Shown here: piece after piece, positions 21,671-30,432 of the stretch | Numbering within the stretch: position 1 is the first letter of the stretch | Layout of the letters: each line of letters opens with the position of its first letter | NCBI GenBank assembly: GCA_900617105.1 | Contig: UYFQ01000001.1 | Span: 3,596,001-3,660,000 of the forward strand | DNA from: Hydrurus foetidus | Taxonomy: Eukaryota | DNA: 64,000 nucleotides | Reading direction: 5' to 3' | Notes under the pieces: generated by a model | Database searches by the model: none | Told to the model about the DNA's origin: nothing | Seen by the model: only the letters and a program-made list of their open reading frames with translations | Position numbers and translations under genes: made by a program

Positions 21671-22339
21671 ATGCCAAGTCTTGACACTGCACAACTGGTA
21701 GCGCTTGCGGGCGCGTTGGGCTGGGCCAGCGGGCTGCGGCTGTATTTGGTCGTTTTGCTGACGGGGCTTGCGGGTTTTATGGGGTGGGTCAATTTGCCGC
21801 AGGGCTTGCAGCTGCTGTCTAACCCGGTGGTGCTGGGAGCCAGCGGTTTCATGGTGTTTATTGAGTTTTTCGCTGACAAAATACCGGGGCTTGATTCATT
21901 GTGGGACGTGGTGCACAGCGTCATTCGAATCCCCGCTGGCGCGGCGCTGGCGGCGAGTGTTTTTAGCGCTGACAGCGGGGCCATGGCCTTGGTCGCCGCG
22001 CTGCTGGGTGGCTCGCTGGCTGCAACCAGTTTTACGGCCAAGGCAACCTCAAGGGCTGCCATCAACACGTCGCCAGAGCCGTTTACCAACGTAGGCGCGT
22101 CGCTGATTGAAGACACGCTGGTGCCGGTTGGTTTGTGGGCGGCTGTTGCGTATCCGTTTATTTTTGTAGCGGTGCTGGCTGTGGTGCTGGTGCTCAGCAT
22201 TTGGTTGATACGCGTTTGCTGGCGTTTCTTGCGGCTGCTGTTTAGCCGGGTCACCCGTAGTTTTAGTGGCAAGCCAGACCCTGGGGTATCGCCCGCTTTT
22301 AGCCTCAAGTCACCTTTTTCAAAGAATGAACATGTTTAA
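21671..22339 (+). CDS. DUF4126-family membrane protein
   Basis: GWASGLRLY, EFFADKIPGLDSLWD, NTSPEPF. Confidence 0.85.
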   Translation: MPSLDTAQLVALAGALGWASGLRLYLVVLLTGLAGFMGWVNLPQGLQLLSNPVVLGASGFMVFIEFFADKIPGLDSLWDVVHSVIRIPAGAALAASVFSADSGAMALVAALLGGSLAATSFTAKATSRAAINTSPEPFTNVGASLIEDTLVPVGLWAAVAYPFIFVAVLAVVLVLSIWLIRVCWRFLRLLFSRVTRSFSGKPDPGVSPAFSLKSPFSKNEHV

Positions 22340-24332
22340 AAAAATTCTTATTGCCAACAGAGGAGAGATAGCCTGCCGCGTAGCAGCAACTGCTCAGCGC
22401 ATGGCCATCAAAACCGTAGCCGTTTATTCCGATGCAGATGCCGATGCCAAGCACGTGAGCTTTTGCGATGAAGCCGTATACATTGGCCTGAACGGATCAA
22501 GCGCCCCCAAAGACAGCTACCTGCGTTGGGAAGCCATCATTGAAGCGGCCAAGGCCACGGGCGCTGAAGCGATTCACCCAGGTTACGGTTTTTTAAGCGA
22601 GAACGAAGCGTTTGCGCAGGCCTGCGCAGACAACGAGTTGGTCTTCATTGGCCCACCGCCGTCGGTCATCAAGGCCATGGGTTTAAAGGCTGAGTCTAAA
22701 CAGCTGATGGAAAAAGCCGGCGTGCCGCTGGTGCCGGGCTACCACGGCGCTGACCAGTCGCCCGCATTGCTCAAACGCGAAGCCGACCGCATTGGCTACC
22801 CGGTGCTCATCAAGGCCAGCGCGGGGGGTGGCGGCAAAGGCATGCGAGCGATCGATAAGTCAGAAGACTTTGACGCGGCATTGGCTTCATGCAAACGGGA
22901 AGCGATCAACAGTTTTGGCAACGACAACGTGCTGGTTGAAAAGTACGCTCAGCGGCCACGGCACATTGAAATTCAGGTGTTTGGCGACACACATGGCAAT
23001 TACGTGTATTTGTTTGAGCGAGATTGTTCAGTGCAGCGCCGCCACCAGAAGGTACTGGAAGAAGCGCCTGCGCCGGGCTTGAGCGATGCCATGCGCCAGC
23101 AGATGGGCGAAGCGGCCGTGGCTGCGGCGCGGGCTGTTGACTATGTGGGTGCAGGTACTGTCGAGTTCATCGTGGAGCAGTTGGCTGACGGCGGTATGAA
23201 GTTTTACTTTATGGAAATGAATACCAGGTTGCAAGTGGAGCATCCGGTGACGGAAGCAATTACTGGACTTGACCTGGTCGAGTGGCAACTGCTGGTTGCC
23301 AATGGGCAAAAGCTGCCATTGGCGCAAGACCAGTTGCGTATCAACGGCCACGCGATTGAAGCGCGCATTTGCGCAGAAAGCCCAGACAACAATTTTCTGC
23401 CCGCCACCGGTACGCTGCATGTGTATGCCAAGCCTGATGCAACATCGTTTGAGCGGGGCGCAGTGCGCATTGACGACGGCGTGCGGCAGGGTGATGCGAT
23501 ATCACCGTTTTATGACTCGATGGTGGCCAAGCTGATCGTGCACGGCAAAACCAGGCAAGAAGCGCTGGCCCGGTTAGATGCGGCGTTGGCGCAAACGCAC
23601 ATCGTGGGGCTAAATACCAACGTGCAGTTTTTGCGCTATGTGCTGCAAAGCGAGTCCTTTGCCAAAGCGAACCTGGACACCGCGTTGATTCCGCGTGAAG
23701 AGGCGGTGCTGTTCAATCAAGAGCGCATCGGTTTACCGATGGCGGTGGCCTGTGCAGTTGCACAAACTTTGCTTGATGATAAGTCGCTTGAAACTGCTGA
23801 CCCCTTCAGTCGGCGCGACGGCTGGCAGTCGCACGGCGTCACCCTGCGGCGTTTCGAGTTTGAATTTCATGGTGAACTCCAAAAAGCTGAGCTGACCTAT
23901 CTGCATGATGGCGCTTTGCATTTGGCGGTGGGCGCTACAGCCGGAGTATTGACGTTTGCGCAAGCCGCTGCTTGTCTGGATGTGCAGTTTGCGGGCCAGC
24001 GCTTGAGCGCAAATGTATATAAAAAAGGTGATGTAGCCCATATATTCAATGCGCGAGCAGCTACGCAAATCATAGCAATTGACATGCTGAATCATGCGGG
24101 TGCAGCGCACGCTGACGTAGGGCGCCTCACTGCGCCCATGCCCGGCAAAGTGGTGTCGTTTGCGGTCAAGGCGGGTGACAAAGTCACCAAGGGCCAGGCG
24201 CTTGCGGTGATGGAAGCGATGAAGATGGAGCACACCATTGCTGCCCCGCTTGATGGCGTAGTGGCAGAGCTGCTGTACGCGCCTGGTGACCAGGTGGCAG
24301 AAGGCGCAGAGCTGCTCAAATTGGCTGCGTAG
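22332..24332 (+). CDS. liuD: Methylcrotonyl-CoA carboxylase alpha (biotin carboxylase/BCCP) subunit
   Basis: MFKKILIANRGEIA, HPGYGFLSEN, EMNTRLQVEH, EAMKM biotin site; start could be 22326. Confidence 0.93.
   Translation: MFKKILIANRGEIACRVAATAQRMAIKTVAVYSDADADAKHVSFCDEAVYIGLNGSSAPKDSYLRWEAIIEAAKATGAEAIHPGYGFLSENEAFAQACADNELVFIGPPPSVIKAMGLKAESKQLMEKAGVPLVPGYHGADQSPALLKREADRIGYPVLIKASAGGGGKGMRAIDKSEDFDAALASCKREAINSFGNDNVLVEKYAQRPRHIEIQVFGDTHGNYVYLFERDCSVQRRHQKVLEEAPAPGLSDAMRQQMGEAAVAAARAVDYVGAGTVEFIVEQLADGGMKFYFMEMNTRLQVEHPVTEAITGLDLVEWQLLVANGQKLPLAQDQLRINGHAIEARICAESPDNNFLPATGTLHVYAKPDATSFERGAVRIDDGVRQGDAISPFYDSMVAKLIVHGKTRQEALARLDAALAQTHIVGLNTNVQFLRYVLQSESFAKANLDTALIPREEAVLFNQERIGLPMAVACAVAQTLLDDKSLETADPFSRRDGWQSHGVTLRRFEFEFHGELQKAELTYLHDGALHLAVGATAGVLTFAQAAACLDVQFAGQRLSANVYKKGDVAHIFNARAATQIIAIDMLNHAGAAHADVGRLTAPMPGKVVSFAVKAGDKVTKGQALAVMEAMKMEHTIAAPLDGVVAELLYAPGDQVAEGAELLKLAA
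24036..24076 (-). repeat. Family A motif in frame inside liuD
   Basis: Minus strand GCTA-tgatttgcg-TAGC-tgctcgc-GCAT-tgaatatat-GGGC; encodes VAHIFNARAATQIIA. Confidence 0.8.
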
Positions 24333-24336
24333 CTAA

Positions 24337-25266
24337 GTGCGGGTAACTTTTTGCTGCACCGACACCAAGGCTGAGCCGTGGTTGGATGGGTTGCGGGCGG
24401 CGCTGCCAGCTGCTGTGGTTGAGCAGTGGTCGCCTGGGGCTGACCCAGCCGACTACGCCGTGGTGTGGGCGCCGCCCCAGCAATTTTTTGACGAGCAAAC
24501 CGTATTGAAAGGTATTTTCAACATCGGCGCGGGAGTTGATGCGTTAATGAAGCTGCGGTTGCCTGCTGGGGTTCCAGTCGTCCGGCTGGACGATGCTGGC
24601 ATGTCGGTGCAGATGGCTGAATACGTGTGCCACGCAATCATTCGGCATTTTCGTGAATTTGATGGTTATGAGGCCGACGTTGCCGACGGCAAATGGTCGT
24701 ATCGCAAACCGCGACTCCGGAATGATTTCACGGTAGGCGTGATGGGTCTGGGCGTACTGGGTCAGCGAGTTTGCAAAGCCTTGCAGCAGTTTGAGTATCC
24801 GGTGGTGGGCTGGAGTCGCTCGCAAAAAAGCATTGATGGTGTTCAATGCTTTGCGGAAGACGACAAGCTGAGTGAGTTTTTAACTGCAACGCGTGTGCTG
24901 GTTTGCTTGCTGCCGCTGACCCCAGAGACTGAGAATATTCTGCGCGCTGAAAACCTTCAGCGTTTACAACCCGGCGCGTATGTCATTAACGTGGCTCGTG
25001 GCGGCCATCTGGTCGATGACGATTTGATCAGCTTGATCGACAGCGGGCATCTGGCAGGTGCAACACTGGATGTATTCAGGACGGAGCCTTTGCCGTTAGC
25101 ACATCCTTTTTGGAAGCATCCGAAAATCACTGTCACGCCGCACACATCAGCTCGTACATTGCGAGTTGAAAGCATTGCGCAAGTCGCCGGAAAAATTCAG
25201 GCGTTACACGCTGGCGCTGCTTTATCTACCATCGCTGGCTTGGTTGCCCCCAACAAAGGATACTAG
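24337..25266 (+). CDS. ghrA: Glyoxylate/hydroxypyruvate reductase A (2-hydroxyacid dehydrogenase)
   Basis: GAGVD, GVMGLGVLG, LLPLTPET, NVARG, LDVF..EPL, TPH. Confidence 0.85.
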   Translation: MRVTFCCTDTKAEPWLDGLRAALPAAVVEQWSPGADPADYAVVWAPPQQFFDEQTVLKGIFNIGAGVDALMKLRLPAGVPVVRLDDAGMSVQMAEYVCHAIIRHFREFDGYEADVADGKWSYRKPRLRNDFTVGVMGLGVLGQRVCKALQQFEYPVVGWSRSQKSIDGVQCFAEDDKLSEFLTATRVLVCLLPLTPETENILRAENLQRLQPGAYVINVARGGHLVDDDLISLIDSGHLAGATLDVFRTEPLPLAHPFWKHPKITVTPHTSARTLRVESIAQVAGKIQALHAGAALSTIAGLVAPNKGY

Positions 25267-25270
25267 GGGT

Positions 25271-26179
25271 ATGCAATATCCGTCAAAAGTAAAACTCGTT
25301 GACGTAGGCCCACGTGATGGCCTGCAAAACGAAAAAACCATGGTGCCCGCTGCCGTCAAAATTGAGTTGGTGCACCGTCTGCAAGATGCGGGTTTAAAAG
25401 AAATTGAAGTCACCAGTTTTGTGTCGCCGAAATGGGTGCCGCAAATGGCTGACGCGCTGGAAGTGATGGCAGGCATTGAGCGGCGCGCGGATGTGCGTTA
25501 CTCAGTGCTCACGCCCAACATGAAAGGTTTTGAGGCGGCAGTCACTTCAAAACCCGATGAAATTGTGGTGTTTGCTGCCGCCAGCGAAGCCTTCAGCCAG
25601 CGCAACATCAATTGTTCAATTGCCGAGAGCATTGAGCGCTTTGCGCCTGTGGTTGCCGCTGCAAAGGCGGCGGGTATCTACACGCGTGGCGCCATTTCGT
25701 GCGCGGTCGGGTGCCCCTATGAGGGCGATGTTGCGCCCGAGCGGGTAGAGCTGGTTGCGCGGCTGATGAAAGGCATCGGCGTGCAGCACATGGGCGTAGC
25801 CGACACGATTGGGGTGGGCACGCCTGTCAAGGTGCAGCACGCGCTGGAGGCAGCGCTCAAACATTACGCTTTAGACGATATTTCGGGTCATTTTCATGAT
25901 ACCTACGGCCAGGCTTTGGCCAACACATTGATCAGTTTAGAAATAGGTGTTTGGCAGTTCGACACGTCATCTGCTGGCTTGGGCGGCTGCCCGTACGCCA
26001 AGGGTGCAACCGGCAACGTGGCCACTGAAGACGTGGTGTACTTGCTGCACGGCATGGGCATAGACACGGGTATTGATTTGGACAAGCTGGTTGATGCGGG
26101 CCTGTTCATTAGCGAGCATTTAGGCCGCAAACCTAATTCGCGTGCAGCAACAGCCTTGCTTAACAAGAGGGCAGCTTGA
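25271..26179 (+). CDS. liuE: Hydroxymethylglutaryl-CoA lyase
   Basis: VGPRDGLQNE, HFHDTYG, GLGGCPYAKGATGN. Confidence 0.93.
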   Translation: MQYPSKVKLVDVGPRDGLQNEKTMVPAAVKIELVHRLQDAGLKEIEVTSFVSPKWVPQMADALEVMAGIERRADVRYSVLTPNMKGFEAAVTSKPDEIVVFAAASEAFSQRNINCSIAESIERFAPVVAAAKAAGIYTRGAISCAVGCPYEGDVAPERVELVARLMKGIGVQHMGVADTIGVGTPVKVQHALEAALKHYALDDISGHFHDTYGQALANTLISLEIGVWQFDTSSAGLGGCPYAKGATGNVATEDVVYLLHGMGIDTGIDLDKLVDAGLFISEHLGRKPNSRAATALLNKRAA

Positions 26180-26180
26180 G

Positions 26181-26945
26181 ATGTGTGGATCAGAGTTGCT
26201 TGCCTTGCCCGAAGGCGTTCAGAAAGTTGCAGCGCTTCTGCAGGCCAAACGCCACCCGCAATTGCCCATCATGCTGGAAGACGCTGCGCGCACCGCACAG
26301 CAAGCCGCCGATGCGCTCGGTGTAGGCGTTGGTCAAATCGCCAAAAGCATTGTGTTTCGCCGCAAGTCAGACGATGCGGCTGTACTGGTCGTGACATCTG
26401 GCGACCAGCGGGTCGATGAAAAAAAGCTTGCAGCGCTGGTTTGCCAAGGCGGCGAAAGGTTGGGTCGAGCTGATGCAGCGTTTGTCAAAACCAAAACCGG
26501 GTTTTCTATCGGGGGTGTGTCGCCACTGGCCCATGCAACCGAGGTTGTCATGCTTGTAGATCAGTCGCTGCTCCGGTTTGACCAGATATGGGCCGCGGCG
26601 GGGCATCCGAATGCGGTGTTTCAATTAGCGCCGTCTGACCTTGAGTGGCTGACTGGCGCGCCTGTGGTGGATGTTGCCGCAAATTCCGCTGGTGAGACGT
26701 CGGTGCAACAAAACGCTATTAATACAGTAGCTGCTCGCGCCCGTAATTATTGGGCTAATGGCCAAATAGTGTCTCCCTGCATCTCGATTTGCCAAATGAG
26801 TGATGTTTCAGGTCTGTGTGAAGGCTGCTTCAGAACACGTGATGAAATTGCCACTTGGAGTAGCGCGGGCAACGACGCCAAAAAGGCCACGTGGGCTCGC
26901 ATTGAAGCACGTATCGAAGCGCGCGTAGCAGCGTCGCAAATTTGA
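26181..26945 (+). CDS. YbaK/EbsC aminoacyl-tRNA editing-like domain fused to C-terminal DUF1289 (Cys-rich)
   Basis: IAKSIVF, GFSIGGVSP, WAAAGHP; then SPCISIC...CEGCFRTRDEIATW. Confidence 0.8.
   Translation: MCGSELLALPEGVQKVAALLQAKRHPQLPIMLEDAARTAQQAADALGVGVGQIAKSIVFRRKSDDAAVLVVTSGDQRVDEKKLAALVCQGGERLGRADAAFVKTKTGFSIGGVSPLAHATEVVMLVDQSLLRFDQIWAAAGHPNAVFQLAPSDLEWLTGAPVVDVAANSAGETSVQQNAINTVAARARNYWANGQIVSPCISICQMSDVSGLCEGCFRTRDEIATWSSAGNDAKKATWARIEARIEARVAASQI
26715..26755 (+). repeat. Family A motif in the YbaK-DUF1289 linker
   Basis: GCTA-ttaatacag-TAGC-tgctcgc-GCCC-gtaattatt-GGGC; encodes AINTVAARARNYWA. Confidence 0.88.
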
Positions 26946-26958
26946 TTCATCACCCGCC

Positions 26959-27606
26959 GTGAAGCAGATTACCTTTTACTTCGACTTCATATCGCCCTAC
27001 GCGTATCTGGCATTCAAAAACTTGCCTGAAGCGCTCACCGGCATCAGCTACAACGTTGTTTACCAACCGGTTTTGTTCGCTGGCCTGCTCAAGCACTATG
27101 GCCAGCTTGGGCCCGCAGAAATCGCCCCCAAGCGTGACTGGACGTATCGGCAAGTCATGTGGCTGGCAAACAAGCTGGGTGTGCCCTTGCAAATGCCAGC
27201 GGGGCACCCCTTCAATCCCTTGTTGCTGCTGCGTTTGGCGCTTGCCTGTGGCAGTCTGGCGGGCGACACCAACCGCTATGTTTGCGAGCTAATTTTTAAC
27301 CATGTGTGGACCAGCGGCGCCGACATGAGTGATGCCGAGCGCTTTGACGCAGTGGTGGGTGAGCTGAAGCCGCGCCACGCTTTGCAAAGCGACGAGGTTA
27401 AAAACAGCTTGAAAGCCAACACAGACGCGGCGATTAAAAAACACGTTTTTGGCGTGCCGACTTTTGAGGTAGACGGCAAGCTTTTTTGGGGTCTTGATGC
27501 GCTGCCGATGCTATGCGACTACTTGCTTGGCGGGGTTTGGTTTGAAGGCAGTGGCTGGCAAAACGCGTCTTTAATTCCCATCGGAGCCGCTCGCCCAGGC
27601 ACTTGA
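26959..27606 (+). CDS. 2-hydroxychromene-2-carboxylate isomerase / DsbA-like kappa GST
   Basis: FYFDFISPYAYL, HPFNP, VFGVPTF..DG.LFWG.D. Confidence 0.85.
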   Translation: MKQITFYFDFISPYAYLAFKNLPEALTGISYNVVYQPVLFAGLLKHYGQLGPAEIAPKRDWTYRQVMWLANKLGVPLQMPAGHPFNPLLLLRLALACGSLAGDTNRYVCELIFNHVWTSGADMSDAERFDAVVGELKPRHALQSDEVKNSLKANTDAAIKKHVFGVPTFEVDGKLFWGLDALPMLCDYLLGGVWFEGSGWQNASLIPIGAARPGT

Positions 27607-27795
27607 TGTGGCTGGTGTTTTCCCTATGCAACTTCGCATGTTGAAATGGCGGTGTCGGGTTTCCCCTTGACTTGTCAGCGCCGCTTAAGTTTGGCGCAAG
27701 CCCCTGTTAGTTTCACGTCAGACCTTGGTCAGCAGGCTGCAAAATAATGTGAGCAACTTCCAGCTTGGAAGCTCAAATTTTTTGGAGACATCTAT

Positions 27796-29475
27796 ATGGC
27801 AACACCAGCAGTCGACAACCGACCGATGACCCCCGAGCAGAAGAAAGTGATTTTCGCTTCTTCGCTGGGTACGGTTTTTGAGTGGTATGACTTTTACTTG
27901 TACGGCTCACTGGCCGCGATTATTGCCAAGCAATTTTTCTCGGGTCTAGACCCATCAGCAGCATACATTTTTGCGCTGCTGGCGTTTGCTGCTGGCTTTT
28001 TGGTTCGCCCATTCGGCGCACTGGTATTTGGCCGCTTGGGCGACATGATTGGCCGCAAGTACACATTCTTGATCACCATTGTGATCATGGGTGCGGCAAC
28101 TTTCGTCGTCGGATTGCTTCCTAACTACGCCACCATCGGCATTGCGGCTCCTATCATTTTGGTAGCGTTGCGCATGCTGCAAGGTTTGGCTTTGGGTGGT
28201 GAGTACGGCGGTGCTGCCACCTATGTGGCCGAGCACGCGCCACAAGGCCAGCGCGGTTTCTACACGTCATGGATTCAAACCACAGCAACGCTGGGTTTGT
28301 TTTTGTCACTCATGGTGATTTTGGGCGTACGCCAGGCAGTGGGCGAAGCCGCTTTTGCTGACTGGGGCTGGCGCGTTCCGTTCCTGGTGTCAATTTTGTT
28401 GTTGGGTGTGTCGGTTTATATCCGTTTGTCAATGAATGAGTCGCCAGCCTTCCAGAAAATGAAGTCAGAAGGCAAGACATCAAAAGCACCGTTGTCCGAG
28501 TCTTTCGGCCAGTGGCGCAACCTGAAAATCGTGATCATTGCGCTGCTCGGCCTGACGGCTGGTCAAGCGGTGGTCTGGTACACCGGCCAGTTCTACGCAT
28601 TGTTTTTCTTGACAACGATCGCCAAGGTTGACGGAATTACTGCCAATCTGCTCATTGCAGCCGCGTTGGTCATTGGCACACCGTTCTTTATTTTGTTCGG
28701 TATCCTGTCGGACAAGATCGGCCGCAAATCGATCATCATGGCCGGTTGCTTGCTGGGTGCGTTGACGTACTTCACCATTTTCCCAATGCTGCTGCAGTAT
28801 GCGAACCCAGCGCTGAAGAAAGCCCACGACACCGTGACCGTTAGTGTTACCGCTGACCCAGCAACTTGCTCGTTCCAGGGCAGCCCGATTGCACGTGACA
28901 TCGATTTCACCAGCTCTTGCGACCGTGCAAAGCGCGTGCTTGCACAGGAATTCATTCCGTACAAGAACATCGCTGGCCCTGCAGGTTCAACCGCAACCGT
29001 GCAAATTGGTACTGCTACTATTGCTTCGTTGAATCCAACGTTGAATGAAAAGCGCAATGCGTTTTCTGCTGAAAGCGCCAAGGGCATCGCAGACTTCAAG
29101 AAATCTGTGCTTGACGCGGCAAAAGCCAATGGCTTGACTGCCAAGGCTGACGACAAGTCTATGAACAAGGTCATGATTGGAGCACTGCTGGTGTTCCTGG
29201 TGATTTTGGTGACCATGGTGTATGGCCCCATCGCAGCCATCTTGGTTGAGATGTTCCCCACCCGTATTCGCTACACGTCGATGAGCCTGCCGTATCACAT
29301 TGGTAACGGCTGGTTCGGTGGTTTGTTGCCAACGACAGCGTTTGCAATGGTGGCCGCAACGGGCGACATTTACTACGGTTTGTGGTACCCCGTCATCGTT
29401 GCCGCTGGCACCTTCATCATCGGCATGTTGCTGGTCAAAGAGACCAAAGACGTCGACATTTATGCCAACGACTAA
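27796..29475 (+). CDS. MFS transporter (metabolite:H+ symporter family)
   Basis: FEWYDF, FGRLGDMIGRK, GGEYGGA, EMFPTRIRYT; multiple transmembrane segments. Confidence 0.92.
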   Translation: MATPAVDNRPMTPEQKKVIFASSLGTVFEWYDFYLYGSLAAIIAKQFFSGLDPSAAYIFALLAFAAGFLVRPFGALVFGRLGDMIGRKYTFLITIVIMGAATFVVGLLPNYATIGIAAPIILVALRMLQGLALGGEYGGAATYVAEHAPQGQRGFYTSWIQTTATLGLFLSLMVILGVRQAVGEAAFADWGWRVPFLVSILLLGVSVYIRLSMNESPAFQKMKSEGKTSKAPLSESFGQWRNLKIVIIALLGLTAGQAVVWYTGQFYALFFLTTIAKVDGITANLLIAAALVIGTPFFILFGILSDKIGRKSIIMAGCLLGALTYFTIFPMLLQYANPALKKAHDTVTVSVTADPATCSFQGSPIARDIDFTSSCDRAKRVLAQEFIPYKNIAGPAGSTATVQIGTATIASLNPTLNEKRNAFSAESAKGIADFKKSVLDAAKANGLTAKADDKSMNKVMIGALLVFLVILVTMVYGPIAAILVEMFPTRIRYTSMSLPYHIGNGWFGGLLPTTAFAMVAATGDIYYGLWYPVIVAAGTFIIGMLLVKETKDVDIYAND

Positions 29476-29532
29476 ATCAGTCACGGCTTGACAGCCTGAA
29501 TGCGATCCAGGCGCAGCAGGCTTTTTAAACAC

Positions 29533-29562
29533 AGGCTTCTGTCAAAATGGCAGAAGCCTTTT
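29533..29562 (+). terminator. Rho-independent terminator after MFS gene
   Basis: aggcttctgtc-aaaat-ggcagaagcct followed by a T run. Confidence 0.7.
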
Positions 29563-29593
29563 CACTTTGCGGCCCCGTTTTTTGGAGATTGAC

Positions 29594-29749
29594 ATGTGGA
29601 AACTTGTGATGGGATTCATCGTTTTTGCGGCTTTGGCACTTTACATGCTCAGCAGAGGCGGCAGTATTGATCTGGGCGGCGAAAAACACGGCGCAATTGG
29701 CATACAGCCTGTCGTTATTACTGTTGGTGCCGTTGTAAAAATCGGTTAA
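29594..29749 (+). CDS. Small membrane protein
   Basis: GGAG RBS before ATG; MWKLVMGFIVFAALALYMLS hydrophobic helix. Confidence 0.6.
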   Translation: MWKLVMGFIVFAALALYMLSRGGSIDLGGEKHGAIGIQPVVITVGAVVKIG

Positions 29750-29843
29750 ATTAGCGGCGAAGCAGACGCGGTGGCACTTTCTGGTTCACGCAGCGCGCTC
29801 AAAGAACCGTATTTTTAGTCGCCAGCCAGGGAACCACTAGCCG

Positions 29844-30329
29844 ATGATTTATTCAAAAACTCCGGAGGGGATAGCCGCCAGGCAAGCGCGCAGCGCGGAA
29901 ATGAATCCGCGCCAAAGAGCAGCTTTCATCATGTTTGACGGCAAACGTGATTCGTCGGCCGTGGTGGAGGCAACCAGCGGCATCGGCGTAACAGAAGCTG
30001 ATATTCAGCATCTGGTAGACGCCGGGTTTTTGGCCGAGCCCGAAGGGGCCGCGACAGCAGGCAAGGCGCAAGCGGTAAAAGAGCAGCTCGCACCCCTGGC
30101 GTCGCCAAGCGATGGTGTTCCGTCCGCTTTGTCTGAAGCCAATTATTCCACTGCTTATCTTATCGCGACACGCCTTACTTCGGGGTTGGGCTTGCGCGGC
30201 TTTAGGCTGAACCTCGCGGTGGAGGCTGCAGGAGACCTTGAAAAACTTAAAGAACTGGCACCGCGAATCAAAGACGCTGTAGGTGCTGAAAAATTCAAAG
30301 AACTCGAAGACGCGCTGTACTCTTACTAG
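29844..30329 (+). CDS. Hypothetical protein (possible N-terminal winged helix)
   Basis: 161-aa ORF with normal codon usage; no assignable family. Confidence 0.65.
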   Translation: MIYSKTPEGIAARQARSAEMNPRQRAAFIMFDGKRDSSAVVEATSGIGVTEADIQHLVDAGFLAEPEGAATAGKAQAVKEQLAPLASPSDGVPSALSEANYSTAYLIATRLTSGLGLRGFRLNLAVEAAGDLEKLKELAPRIKDAVGAEKFKELEDALYSY

Positions 30330-30432
30330 CGTCAGCGTTAAGCGAGGCAGTCGCCCCATAAGATACCCCCAACGCCGACTTTGCGCGGCCAACTGCCTAG
30401 AATGTTTGACTTCTTCAGGAAAGTAGTCACTC

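Noticed and set aside
21178..22308. 376-aa minus-strand ORF and similar long antisense ORFs (e.g. 2238-2921, 8309-8929, 43214-43921)
   Set aside because: They shadow well-supported genes on the opposite strand, as expected in GC-rich DNA, and show no family motifs.
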